Of a stretch of DNA of 64,000 nucleotides, positions 51,604-61,996 are shown in pieces (positions within the stretch are counted from its first letter, which is position 1; every line of letters begins with the position of its first letter). Under the pieces are notes generated by a model. That model saw nothing but the letters and a program-made list of their open reading frames with translations, was not told where the DNA came from and did no database searches. Made by a program: the position numbers and the translations under genes. This stretch comes from Balanoglossus misakiensis. Its lineage: Eukaryota; Animalia; Hemichordata. The stretch is taken from positions 7,316,001 to 7,380,000 of the forward strand of contig CM082590.2 of NCBI GenBank assembly GCA_040954595.2. Direction: 5' to 3'.

Positions 51604-53715
51604 TACTAGAGTTGATCACTTAGGGAAACTAATCTCATTGGCTGAGTGCAGTCAGGCAAAATTTGCATATCTTATAAGGTCCCTTTATGTATGATAATAA
51701 ATCTTGGGCTGTGAAATTGTCAAAACACCATATTTTGACAAGATGTCCGATCAGAGATTATTTACTGAAACACTAGGGACACTTTTTACAATATAGAAGT
51801 AAATCTCATTCGCTGAGATCAGTCAGGATCAATTTGCATATTCGTGGAACCCTTAGCTTTTTTGAAAAAAAGTCTGAGATGTAAATTTTACAAATACTAT
51901 CAACTACAGGTATAAGACACATAATCTTTTGCAGACTTTTTTGCGATAATGTTTTCCCCCCTATTTTTTAAGTGTGTTGTTCCATCATAAAGGGCATATC
52001 ACTGGTCATGTCCATCTTGTGTGCAGAAATAGGGGGTGTATCAAAGATGTGGCTAAAGCTATAAACATATAAAAATGATTGAACTTCATTTTATAAGAAA
52101 AAATACGTAAAACAATTCCAAACAAAGATTTTGAATCAAACTGTGGATTGACTGCAGGCTATGTGACGTTGTAACTGTCATGTGATTGCCCTGTGGTGTC
52201 ATGTGACTACCACATGGACATCATGTGACTATCATGTGGACACATTTGAAACATCATTCCTGGTATCAATTCAAGACTTGCAACCTTGTCGGTCTCTCGG
52301 AGATTTCATACAATTTTTTACACATCAAATTTATATTTTACCTCTAGAGCTGTGAGTCTTTGCATAGTACAAGAACCCATTTTTTGCGACCGTCAACTTT
52401 CATCTTTTGCGGACAGATTTTTAGTTTTACAACATACCATCATGAGCCTATGAGACCTGGTAAACATCCATATTTAATTTAGAAATATCAACAAAAAATT
52501 GTCGTACCATACTTACCAAAGCAATATCATTCTTTGAACACAGAACTATAATACTCAATTTCACAGATGGTATTTTCTGCGTTTGAAAATTTGTCATATT
52601 TCTGCGTCATTCAAAACTTAATTTTAGATCTGAAAGTTCAGCTTTCACACCAGCTTTGTACTGAACACCCCCGTGTTTTGTTTGGTTTGTTCCGCCATCC
52701 TGGTGAAAACAATGGGTTGATTCTATTATACAAAGATTTGCAGGGGTCGTAGACTTCATAGATGTGCACAGGCTGTACAGAATAAAATGAGTGAAAAATC
52801 AAACCTACATCAAAGACGATTCTTTGCTTGTAAACAAACTATGACAAACTTGTGTAAATATTGATCAAGGCAAGCAAAATGTATATTCAATGCGAACCAT
52901 AGTATGCTATTTATTTCTAAATGTTATCAAAATATCAAAATCTTGCCCACAATTGAAAAAAAAACAGATCTTTACAAATGAATAAAAAAATTGAATTTTT
53001 TTGATGGATAAATTTAAGAGATTTATTACTGATTGTAACTTGTTATTCCAGAAAACTTTTCTCGTAGGTTGTTAAGTAAATCATGATCTTGTCAGGGTTA
53101 ATTTGTCCTAACAAGCAACTTGATGAAATTTTCAATGAAAAAAAAATTTGTAGTGTAAGAGAACTCTGATTTTCAATTTGTGTATCAATGTGTTTAGTCA
53201 ACTTCGATATGTAATATTCAAATTTTTGCAGTCATGCCCCTTAGTGCGGTGTCTTTTTGTGATTGAACTATTTTTCACTCTCCCAGGTGGTCCCTTTTTT
53301 CATGTTTGTAAATTCATTCCTCCAGTGAACTTCTTAAATTTCTGTGGAGACGTGCAATTGTTTTGTGTGTCTATCTTTGGAATTTATTTGTGAGTGGGAT
53401 TTGGGGAATGGGGAGGGGAGGGGAGGGTGTAAAAAGGGCAAAAACTGTAGAATTGTTATAGAATTTATATTTCTGGACCCAAAAACTGAGTTTTGATAGT
53501 CAGTCTATAGGTTAAAACCCCACTCACACAATAAATTCAGCCTTTGTTTTGGACAAGAAATTTATAATAGATATGACCTCTGACCTTTTGAACTTTGAAC
53601 CTTGATACAATACAATTTAATTTGATTTGATTTGACCTGACATGGGTGACTTTGTATCATGAGACTGAAACATCATCAATAATGACATATTGGAATAGGT
53701 TTTTATGATCTGCAT

Positions 53716-53721
53716 TTTATT
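53716..53721 (-). terminator. Candidate poly(A) signal of the SLC1 gene
   Basis: First AATAAA on the - strand after the SLC1 stop codon, about 355 nt downstream. Confidence 0.5.
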
Positions 53722-53736
53722 GTTCCTTTATATTTT

Positions 53737-53742
53737 AATAAA
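53737..53742 (+). terminator. Candidate distal poly(A) signal of the RBPMS-like gene
   Basis: AATAAA with T-rich upstream and GT-rich downstream sequence. Other AATAAA hexamers lie earlier in the putative UTR (e.g. 49871, 52781, 52981). Confidence 0.45.
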
Positions 53743-53814
53743 ATGATGGAACTTTAAAATTGTTTCCAAGTGTTTTTACAGCCTGTTTTACATGCATCAG
53801 TTGTCTGTCCGTCT

Positions 53815-54008
53815 GTGTATGTACATGTATGTATGTATGCACATGTATGTGTGTATATATACGGTATGTATGTATGTATGTATGTATGTATGTATGTATG
53901 TATGTGTGTATGTGTGTATGTATGTATGTATGTATGTATGTATGTATGTATGTATGTATGTATGTATGTATGTATTATGTATGTATTATGTATGTATGTA
54001 TGTATGTA
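53815..54008. repeat. (TATG)n microsatellite
   Basis: Direct reading. Confidence 0.95.
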
Positions 54009-54076
54009 TTACCACACTGCAAAGGCATCACGTTCAGAAATCTAAGACATGATGTGTTTGTTCGTGTACTACGAGC

Positions 54077-54272
54077 TTATAAAAACGATTCTGTCTCTTC
54101 CTTGTTGTTTGCGTGCAAATCGTCTGAGTTTACTACAGCGGGCTTTTTCCCGCTTTCTACTGCGATTTCCACTTCCTTCTCCTCCTCTGCTACCTCCTTG
54201 CCCATGACTGCGTCCACCAACCCAGCCGCCATGCAGTGACTGGTGCAGTTCACGCCTGTGCGAAGCGAGTCT
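54077..54272 (-). CDS. SLC1 exon 10 (TM8b + C-tail): DSLRTGVNCTSHCMAAGLVDAV...EETESFL*
   Basis: ttcag acceptor, phase 2, TAA stop at 54079-54077. Confidence 0.92.
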
Positions 54273-57200
54273 CTGAAACAGAAGAAATAAATATTTACGC
54301 TGGGTACAGAACTATGCAATTGATCCTGATGGGTCCGTCATAGCCTCTTTGCAAATGACCTGCCACTATTAAAGGGACAAAGTCTCTCTCTCACTGCCCC
54401 TTTTTCCATTAATTATGTTTGATACAAGACACCGTTTATGTTATTCTACATGTGGATATATAGTGAATCAATGTTCAACCACACACAACTTCCATCCCAT
54501 TTGTAGGATATGAGAGTAAAAATCCCGCCAAAATGAATAAATGGTAAACACCGATTATTCATTTTGGTGAGTTTTTCACTCTCGTGTCTACAAATGGGAT
54601 GGAAGTTATGTGTGGTTGAACGTTGATGCTCTATATATCCACATGTAGAATAACATAAACGAGTCTTGTATCAAACATAATGAATGGAAAAAGGGCAGCG
54701 AGAGAGAGACTTTGTCCCTTTAACAAATTTAATCAGAAAAAAATTCAATACATGTATTCTCTTCAACTTTACTCAACATATTTGCATACCAAGACAGTTG
54801 TGTACTCTTGTATAATTAAGAGAATCACTCTACGAGAATGGCAGTGAAAAGAAGAATATTTGCATTATTTTTCCATCCAATATTATTGTGTTCTATATAC
54901 ATGTATTTAGTTCTAACCCAGTTGGCTGCCTTTATAAACAGACTACTCCACTTCAAGTCTTGTATACACATGAGTTAAACCATTGTTCCAAATGTTCTAT
55001 AGCATATTCTGTAGATTTTGATGCTTCCAGAAAATTCAATAGGAAACGGGAACAAAACTGTGCAGAAATCTATAGACATCCATAGAAATTCTATAGAAAT
55101 TTGATAGACTTCTATAGATATCAGTAGAATATTTGTGACAAATTACTACTCACAAGAGCCATTCCATTGAGACCAGCAGTCCTATATTGTCAGTGGGTGT
55201 GCCAACTGCACTGCACACCGTTACTATGGAAACAAGACTGGCACTTGGAACAGCAGGCAGGCAAAGTCCCATTACCCAGGCAACAATGCTAAAAACCAAA
55301 AAAGGGGGGTTACGGCTTTAATTATGTTTGATGCAAGACACTTTATTTTTATGTCCACGTTTAGACCAATTTCAGCATTTTTAGTTGATGCAAAACAAAG
55401 AATTTATTTACTCTGGCCAAATTTCCATACTTACACCATTGTGATAACATGGCCAAAGTTCATGGACATGTTGGCCGTTTGTGACAGATAGAGGGCGCCA
55501 CTGATGATAAAGAGGGCTGACCCGTCACTCTTCATGGCCACGTTCATAGACACAACATAGTTTGTGATCTTCTTGTTGATCTTGTTATTTACTTCACAAC
55601 ATCGGAATATCGCTGGCATTGTAGCGGCACTATTACAAAGGAAGACAAAATCTTGCAAGTTAAATTCATTTGGGAAAGAAGTTCGGGTGATGCAACAGTG
55701 TACTGGGTACTACATTATCTTTCTCGTACTCTATGATAATAAGGTGAGTGTTTTTGCATATTTATTTACTTTTTAAGCACCGCCAATGAATTTCTCAACT
55801 GATGGAAAGGGATGGTCAAAATAGACTCGTTTCTATCCCAACAGAGGGCAACAGTCGTCTGTTCTAGAAGGACAAGTACAGTATCCACGACCATTTTTCT
55901 CATCTTAGCCATGTCATTGCGCATGACGCGACCAGTCGATTACACATGCGCAATGACGTGTTATGATGAGATGATCGTGGGATCGGGAGAGCAATTACAG
56001 CGCAGCGCCCTCTTTGGGCAAGGCACGAGTCTCTGAACAAAACATCAACGAGAGTGTAGGGTAAAAGTGTCTGACCGATTATTTAAAAATGTGTCTCACT
56101 TGGTTTTCGTGATCATGGACATGAGAATTGCGCGTGCGCATCTGGTGATGAAGATATACGGGTTCTTCCTGGTGAAGATGAAGTATATGGCCGACAGCGT
56201 GACGAATTCATGGATACACAACCCGATGATGACGTCAGCGCTGAACAGACCCAGCGACCTCCAGACTCCAATGAGATTTTCAACTTTCAACATCGATTTG
56301 CATATTAGGCTAGGTGTACCAATTGGTAAGAGCCTGTATGACAAGAAAGCAAAATATGCAAATATGTTGGAATGCAAGAAGTTCACGTCCCTAGTATGTA
56401 GTTATAGCTTTTACTTCTGCTCTCGGAGAAAAAATACTTGGTGAATTTCAACAGGAAAGTAAGCTTTAATATTATTCGAATTTGCCAATCACTAATCGTT
56501 TCACAGAGTGTCTTCAATACAGTGCACGTTTACTATATATACGTGCATATAACTATGATAGGACAGACCATTTTGCATTAATATTCAGTTATAGGATTAT
56601 GAGACGCTCTTTCTGATTGGGTACGTTGAAATATAGCTGAAACTTTTCATTATGAAAAGTCAAACATACCATAGGTAGAATGTCAGGATTTTTATGGAGA
56701 TGAGACGCAACGCGGACATAAACTGGAACATTGTACGCGTCGCCTCTTTCTCTATACACATGGCTATACCGAACACTGCTGAGAACACCAGCAATCCTGT
56801 GGAAAAGCCAAGACAAAGCAAAAATATTTTAGTGGAGTTACAGAAGTTCCAATCTGATTAAAATCAGATGTTTTAAAAAAAAAAAACACGTCGCCGTTCC
56901 CTACTTAATCAGATTGCAGAAGTTCCAAACTGGCGACAATATGCCTTGCAATGAATTATTATACACTGAAATCCACAAAAAAACACTCCCAGAAATGAGG
57001 AGATTTTGTTCTGTGGGGAGAACACGCAAGGTTTCATGGGAAATCGTGGACCGGAAGTGCGGAAATTGACCAGACGACGCTTATGCTCTAACACGGAAGA
57101 GGTCGATTTTTGCGTCAAAATACGAAGAGGCATATGGTTTTTAAATGAAACGACACCCAGTACCCGTTGATACGCTCACTGGTGAGTACCCCACGTATGT

Positions 57201-60200
57201 TTTTCGACTGAAATATTGTATATCGGAAAGATATTGTAGTTTTTCGTCTGCTTCCGTGGCGAGTGTTGGGTCCGCATGTTTTGCACTGCATGACCCTATC
57301 CCCTTGCGGACACGCGGAAAATCCGTTTATTTCGTGTTTACGGAAATATTTAGGTGAAAGACGTTTTTCTGAAGCGTCTATGTACCTCTGGTACAGACAG
57401 GGTTATCTTTGACATGCAAATAGCAAAATGAACGAACATTAGAGGTCAACTCAGGTCACTGTCAGGTCACGCTAAGGACAGGGTCAGGCTCGGGCTTTTG
57501 TAAACATGGAGGCGTCCATCTTGTTTATGATCACGTGGTCTTTGATTCATTATACAGTCAAATTTGTATAAAGTGGCCAGTCAAGGGACTTTGCTAAACT
57601 GGCCTTTATAGACAGGTGGTCTTTATAATTATAGACAGGTCAATTAATGCACATGTCAGTTGCACAGGGACTGTAACATAGTGGCCACTATATAGAGGTG
57701 GTCACTAACACAGGTTTGACTGTAATACTGTAATACACTTTATTTTCGCCAGTTGAAATTTTCGCGATATCGAGAGAGGCCACTGTTTCGCAAGTATTAA
57801 TTTTCGCGTTCTCTTATTTCATTCACTGCATCGTTATCTTCAAATAAAATTACGCGACTTTTTATTTTCACGCTATTTTGGCTCTCGCGTATTTCACGAA
57901 AATTTATTGCTCGCGAAAATAAAGTGTTTTACAGTATGCTGACCAGGTCTTTGGCCAAGTTCGGGACCTTGTACGTTCTCGTCGGGTTGTCTCATTGCGT
58001 CGTCTGGTCATTTTTCGCACTTCCGCGATTTCTCATGAAACCTGGCGCGTTCGCGAGATTCGCATTGGGTGTGTTAGAACTGCTATATTGGAAGGGACGC
58101 ACAGAGCAATGTTTTCAAACAAAACCGATCGTCTTTCTGTATGTCTGTCTGTCTGCCTGTCTGTCTGTTAAAGGCAACCACTGTCCGTCTGTGCGAAAAG
58201 AGACAAGTAGACATTGTAGACAGACAGACCAATGGATAGACAAACATACAAACAGACAAATAGCTAGCCACGGAGACATTGAGTAACTAACACTAAAAAG
58301 AGGACTCATATTATAATGTGCAAAGGGGAATACACTTTATAACCCTTCTGTTATTTTTTTTTGGCAACAGTGACGTACCAAGAAGATTTGTCCCACCGCC
58401 ATATTCCAGTGATTTAGACGAAACAGCGAAAACACTGGCCTGTGGTGGCGCTGTGACGTTTGTTGCTGTCAGATTTCCATCAACAACGTACGATCCACCA
58501 TTGCCACTTGGTGTTACGCTCTCATTGTTCCCGGCCAAAACAGCGCCATCAGTCGTTGGATAGATTTCTTCAAATTCATAAGAGGTAAAGATCTATACGC
58601 AAAACATTAATATTCATTGTTAGTTTACGTCAATTTGTGAGTTACCTATATTATGTAAATTGGAGGTGACTGTATACCTTTAAGCAATCATATGATGAAG
58701 GGAGGGACGGGACATCATTTTTGTACAGGCCTGTTTATCTCTCGTTCACTCTGTTCTTTAATGCATGTAAAAATGTAGCGACAATTTGTCTGTAAAATGA
58801 TTACCGTTTGTATACAGGCTTTCACCAGATTATTTGGAATCAGGTTTCTATGAAAAAATACAGAAAAGAAAACTTCATTAAATCAGTAATGTATTATAAC
58901 ACTTTGTAGATGACAAATATGTAGGGTTATGGAATAATGATTTTCGGGGACGTTGGTAGTTTTGTTAAATTCTGCCCTGGCCCATTGGAATTCTATGAGA
59001 ATTTTGCTGCTGGCAAGGGTGTATGTTTGGTGTGATTTACAGAATACCAGTGTTCTCCCCAGTGCAATCATTACATGTGCATGGTTGATGCCTCTTTATT
59101 TTTGACAAATATTCTTAATTGTTTCTTGGAGGTTTACCTCAGTAGGTCAGCTATGACGTCCTGTGTCTCGTAGTGCGCCGGCTTGAAATCCTCATTCTCA
59201 TTTCCGGTTCCGATTTTCCCCGGGTTAATGGCCAGTGTGAGAGCTGTGCCCACAATCACGGCAATGAACACAACTGATATCATGAAGGTGAAACTGATGG
59301 CGCTCATCTTTCCGTTGGTTTTCAGTTCAAGCGAGGATGTAGCTGTAATAATTGAAGTACCGGTATATGAGGCTGGATATACACATCAAGACCATGGGGC
59401 AGAACACTGTACTTAGGCCTATCTGTCTTTTGACGAGTCGAACAATTACAAGGTACGTCCTCATAATACCATAGTAAGTATCAAGCTAATGTAACTCACA
59501 AGTACAAACAGTGGTTAGACAGAACTGTAAAACACTTTATTTTCACGAGCAATAAATTTTTGCGAAATACGCGAGAGCCAAAATAGCGTGAAAATAAAAA
59601 GTCGCGTAATTTTTTTTGAAGATAACGATGCAGTGAATGAAATAAGAGAACGTGAAAATTAGTACTCGCGAAACAGTGGCCTCTCTCGATATCGCGAAAA
59701 TTTCAACTCGCGAGAATAAAGTGTTTTACAGTATTTCATGGATGTGCACTTCAATAGTTAAGTTTTCATGTCTCTTTCATGTAGTTAGCGAAAATCTAAA
59801 CACAGAGTGATATTTCAGGAGCAACATATCCAAATATCGCCCTCCCCGGTATACCGGTACATGCAATGTACACATAGTGTGTCTGCGAGATTCGAAAATA
59901 GGTCTGTTGGTGTTAAAGCTTACGGGAGAATCGTTTGATTTCTGGGGATGGGGGATTTGGGGAGGAAGAATTTTGGGCAGATGGTGCAGAGAAAAGAAAA
60001 CATTTCTTCAACAGCACCTTGAGGAAAAAGTGGGTTACGTTTGGCAATATAAAATTACTGAGACAGAGGCTGCAAAAATACTTATACCAAATTGCCCCCC
60101 CCCCCCCCCCCCCCCCGATCTCAAATGGTCCTCCCCTTAGCCGAAAGATCACAAGTCGCCATATTTACCTACGACGACACTGGATGTCAATAGCGGTATC

Positions 60201-61188
60201 ACCATGCAGTACAATCCGCGCATGAACAGCTCACCGGGCAATCCCAACCACATTATGACGTCATCAGATGGATTTAGAGGCTGCAAAACAACAATACAGT
60301 TTTGAGCATGGTTTGTTCAATCTTTTCTGATTCCATGAATATGGAACACACAATGAAATATTGTTCGGTGTTGACCTAAATGTTTGAGTGGTCCATCGGC
60401 TTATATACCTAGATAGTTGAACTGCAATACGCAAGAAATTTATACTAATTGTGTGAAGGGATTTTTATCAAGGTGTCTCCCCCTCTTCTCATGAGAATTA
60501 AAATATGTTTGTGTGTGACACAACCCAGCGTAGCATAGCACTGCACAGTACAGTGTAACACAACACAAAACCACACAACACAACGCCACAACATAATACA
60601 CCATATCACATCACACAACACAACACAACACAACGAGAAACAAAACACAGCCTCACAACACAACACAGCGCAACACAACAAAACAAAACGCAACAAAACA
60701 CATCACAGGCTCACAGCACAACACAGGGACTCTCTCTCGCTGCCCTTTTCCCATTAATTATGTTTGATACAAGACACTGTTTATGTTATTCTAGATGTGG
60801 TTATATAGTGAACGTTCAACCACACACAACTTCCATCCCACTTTTAGTGAAAAACTCGCTAAAATGATTAATCGGTGTTTACCATTTATTCATTTTGGCG
60901 AGATTTTTACTCTCATATCCTACAAAAGGGATGGAAGTTGTGTGTGGTCGAACGTTGATTCACTATATATCCACATGTAGAATAACATATTAAACGGTGT
61001 CTTGTATCAAATATAATTAATGGGAAAGGGGCAACGAGAGAGAGACTTTGTCCCTTTAACATTGTTCTTACCCTGAGGATAAAGACGAGCGCAAATCCAA
61101 CAACGACACCAATCATCGTCAATATAAAAAGTAGATTGTCCTTAACCACATTCTTCCAGCAATTTTTACTGCATTTCACTCGAGCCAT
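54077..61188 (-). CDS. Divergent SLC1A/EAAT-family (dicarboxylate/amino acid:cation symporter) transporter, 525 aa; complement(join(54077..54272,55154..55288,55435..55629,56100..56333,56670..56796,58379..58592,58805..58847,59138..59342,60169..60280,61072..61188))
   Basis: Ten GT-AG exons total 1578 nt, in phase, with no internal stop. Family segments present: PGELFMR, INPG, DLLRNLIPNNLVKAC, TNLLGLLVFS, PIG, TRKNPY, AATMP, D.LRT..N. No specific ortholog assignable. Confidence 0.92.
54373..54719. mobile_element. Family A MITE, full copy in last SLC1 intron
   Basis: TTAA|AGGGACAAAG...CTTTGTCCCT|TTAA. Confidence 0.88.
55154..55288 (-). CDS. SLC1 exon 9 (HP2-TM8a): IVAWVMGLCLPAVPSASLVSIVTVCSAVGTPTDNIGLLVSMEWL
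   Basis: tttag / gtgagt boundaries, phase 2-2. Confidence 0.9.
55435..55629 (-). CDS. SLC1 exon 8 (HP1b-TM7): AATMPAIFRCCEVNNKINKKITNYVVSMNVAMKSDGSALFIISGALYLSQ...
   Basis: aatag / gtaagt boundaries, phase 2-2. Confidence 0.92.
56100..56333 (-). CDS. SLC1 exon 7 (TM5-TM6-HP1a): LLPIGTPSLIC...YFIFTRKNPYIFITRCARAILMSMITKT
   Basis: tacag / gtgaga boundaries, phase 2-2. Confidence 0.92.
56670..56796 (-). CDS. SLC1 exon 6 (TM4c-TM5): GLLVFSAVFGIAMCIEKEATRTMFQFMSALRLISIKILTFYLW
   Basis: ccacag / gtatgt boundaries, phase 1-2; this frame is not in the ORF track. Confidence 0.9.
57555..57722. mobile_element. Family C MITE
   Basis: TA|CAGTCAAA...TTTGACTG|TA; same interior as the 4872 copy. Confidence 0.78.
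57728..57934. mobile_element. Family B MITE, reverse orientation
   Basis: Reverse complement of the 59525 copy; TA flanks. Confidence 0.8.
58379..58592 (-). CDS. SLC1 exon 5: extracellular loop with N-glycosylation sequons (NES, NLT, NVT) ending GGTNLLG
   Basis: tatag / gtacgt boundaries, phase 0-1. Confidence 0.88.
58805..58847 (-). CDS. SLC1 exon 4: NLIPNNLVKACIQT
   Basis: catag / gtaatc boundaries, 43 nt; matches the EAAT NxFPxNLVxAC motif. Confidence 0.92.
59138..59342 (-). CDS. SLC1 exon 3 (TM3): ATSSLELKTNGKMSAISFTFMISVVFIAVIVGTALTLAINPG...DVIADLLR
   Basis: tacag / gtaaac boundaries, phase 1-2. Confidence 0.9.
59525..59731. mobile_element. Family B MITE
   Basis: Near-identical to the 25026 and 63383 copies. 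Confidence 0.8.
60169..60280 (-). CDS. SLC1 exon 2 (TM2): PLNPSDDVIMWLGLPGELFMRGLYCMVIPLLTSSVVV
   Basis: tgcag / gtaaat boundaries, phase 0-1; PGELFMR motif. Confidence 0.92.
60518..60725. repeat. Degenerate (CACAA)n microsatellite
   Basis: Direct reading. Confidence 0.9.
60726..61055. mobile_element. Family A MITE, ends 16 nt from SLC1 exon 1
   Basis: Family A sequence ending CTTTGTCCCT|TTAA. Confidence 0.85.
61072..61188 (-). CDS. SLC1 exon 1 (TM1): MARVKCSKNCWKNVVKDNLLFILTMIGVVVGFALVFILR
   Basis: AAGATGG start context, gtaag donor. A possible acceptor (tctag) 7 nt upstream suggests an unlocated 5' exon. Confidence 0.85.
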
Positions 61189-61679
61189 CTTGGACCTAGA
61201 ACGAAAATTATTTTTGATAAAAGTGCAATTTAGCAATGACGATAATCACGTGATATTACCTTCAAAATATCTCAATAATGCACCAGCAAGCTTTCAAACA
61301 CAGCTGTGCTTTAATAAAGATCTGATGTAAAGTGTCATGATTTTTTAATAGGCTGTCACTGTACATACAGGGCACTGTAAAAATTGTCAACAAGAGGCAT
61401 GCAAAATACATGCATTGTCATCGTAAATGGATTAAAGTACATATGCATGTACCATAAACACGATTGGAACTATTTTGGGATAATTGCACACCGAAAAAGA
61501 GGGTACAAAACAATTAGTGTCAGGTGTTGTACTTGTGGAGAATAGGGTATTTCTGTCATTGTTTGACCAAAACAAAAGAAAATGTAAAATGTGGTGAGTG
61601 TGTAGGCCACATGTACTAGCAGCTGTGCCATGAGTTTTACAGAGTACCGGTATATCGATCACCATGCAATTATTCCAAC

Positions 61680-61996
61680 TTATATTATACCAGTATATTG
61701 ATGGTGTAAATCACGCTATTTGATTGGTCGAGACACGACACGTGGCCGTGATATATTAGCCATATACCACAGTCATATATCATAGTTAAAGAAAATGCCT
61801 TTTTAAAATGTTTTATGCAAAGTTTCAATATACTGGCATAATATAATAGCAATAAAACACCCCCAGCCATGGTATACCACTCGATTTTGACCAGTTCAAC
61901 TCCATATACGCACTCGCTATCGCTCGTGCGTATATGTCGTGAACTGGTCAAAATCTCGTGGTATACCATGGCTGGGGGTGTTTTATTGCTTAAATA
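61680..61996. mobile_element. Family D element, second copy, upstream of the SLC1 start codon
   Basis: Near-identical to 10197-10513, same orientation. Confidence 0.7.

Noticed and set aside
53760-54052. Cys/Met/Tyr/Val-rich ORFs (CMYV repeats)
   Set aside because: Translation of the (TATG)n microsatellite; the same applies to ORFs at 43716-44019 and 60445-60696
56589-56816. 75-aa ORF MSWLFHRIAG...
   Set aside because: Wrong frame over the real SLC1 exon 6 (56796-56670)
54077-61188. SLC1 gene as a pseudogene because its signature motifs are altered
   Set aside because: All ten exons keep canonical splice sites and phase with no stop or frameshift, and substrate residues are retained
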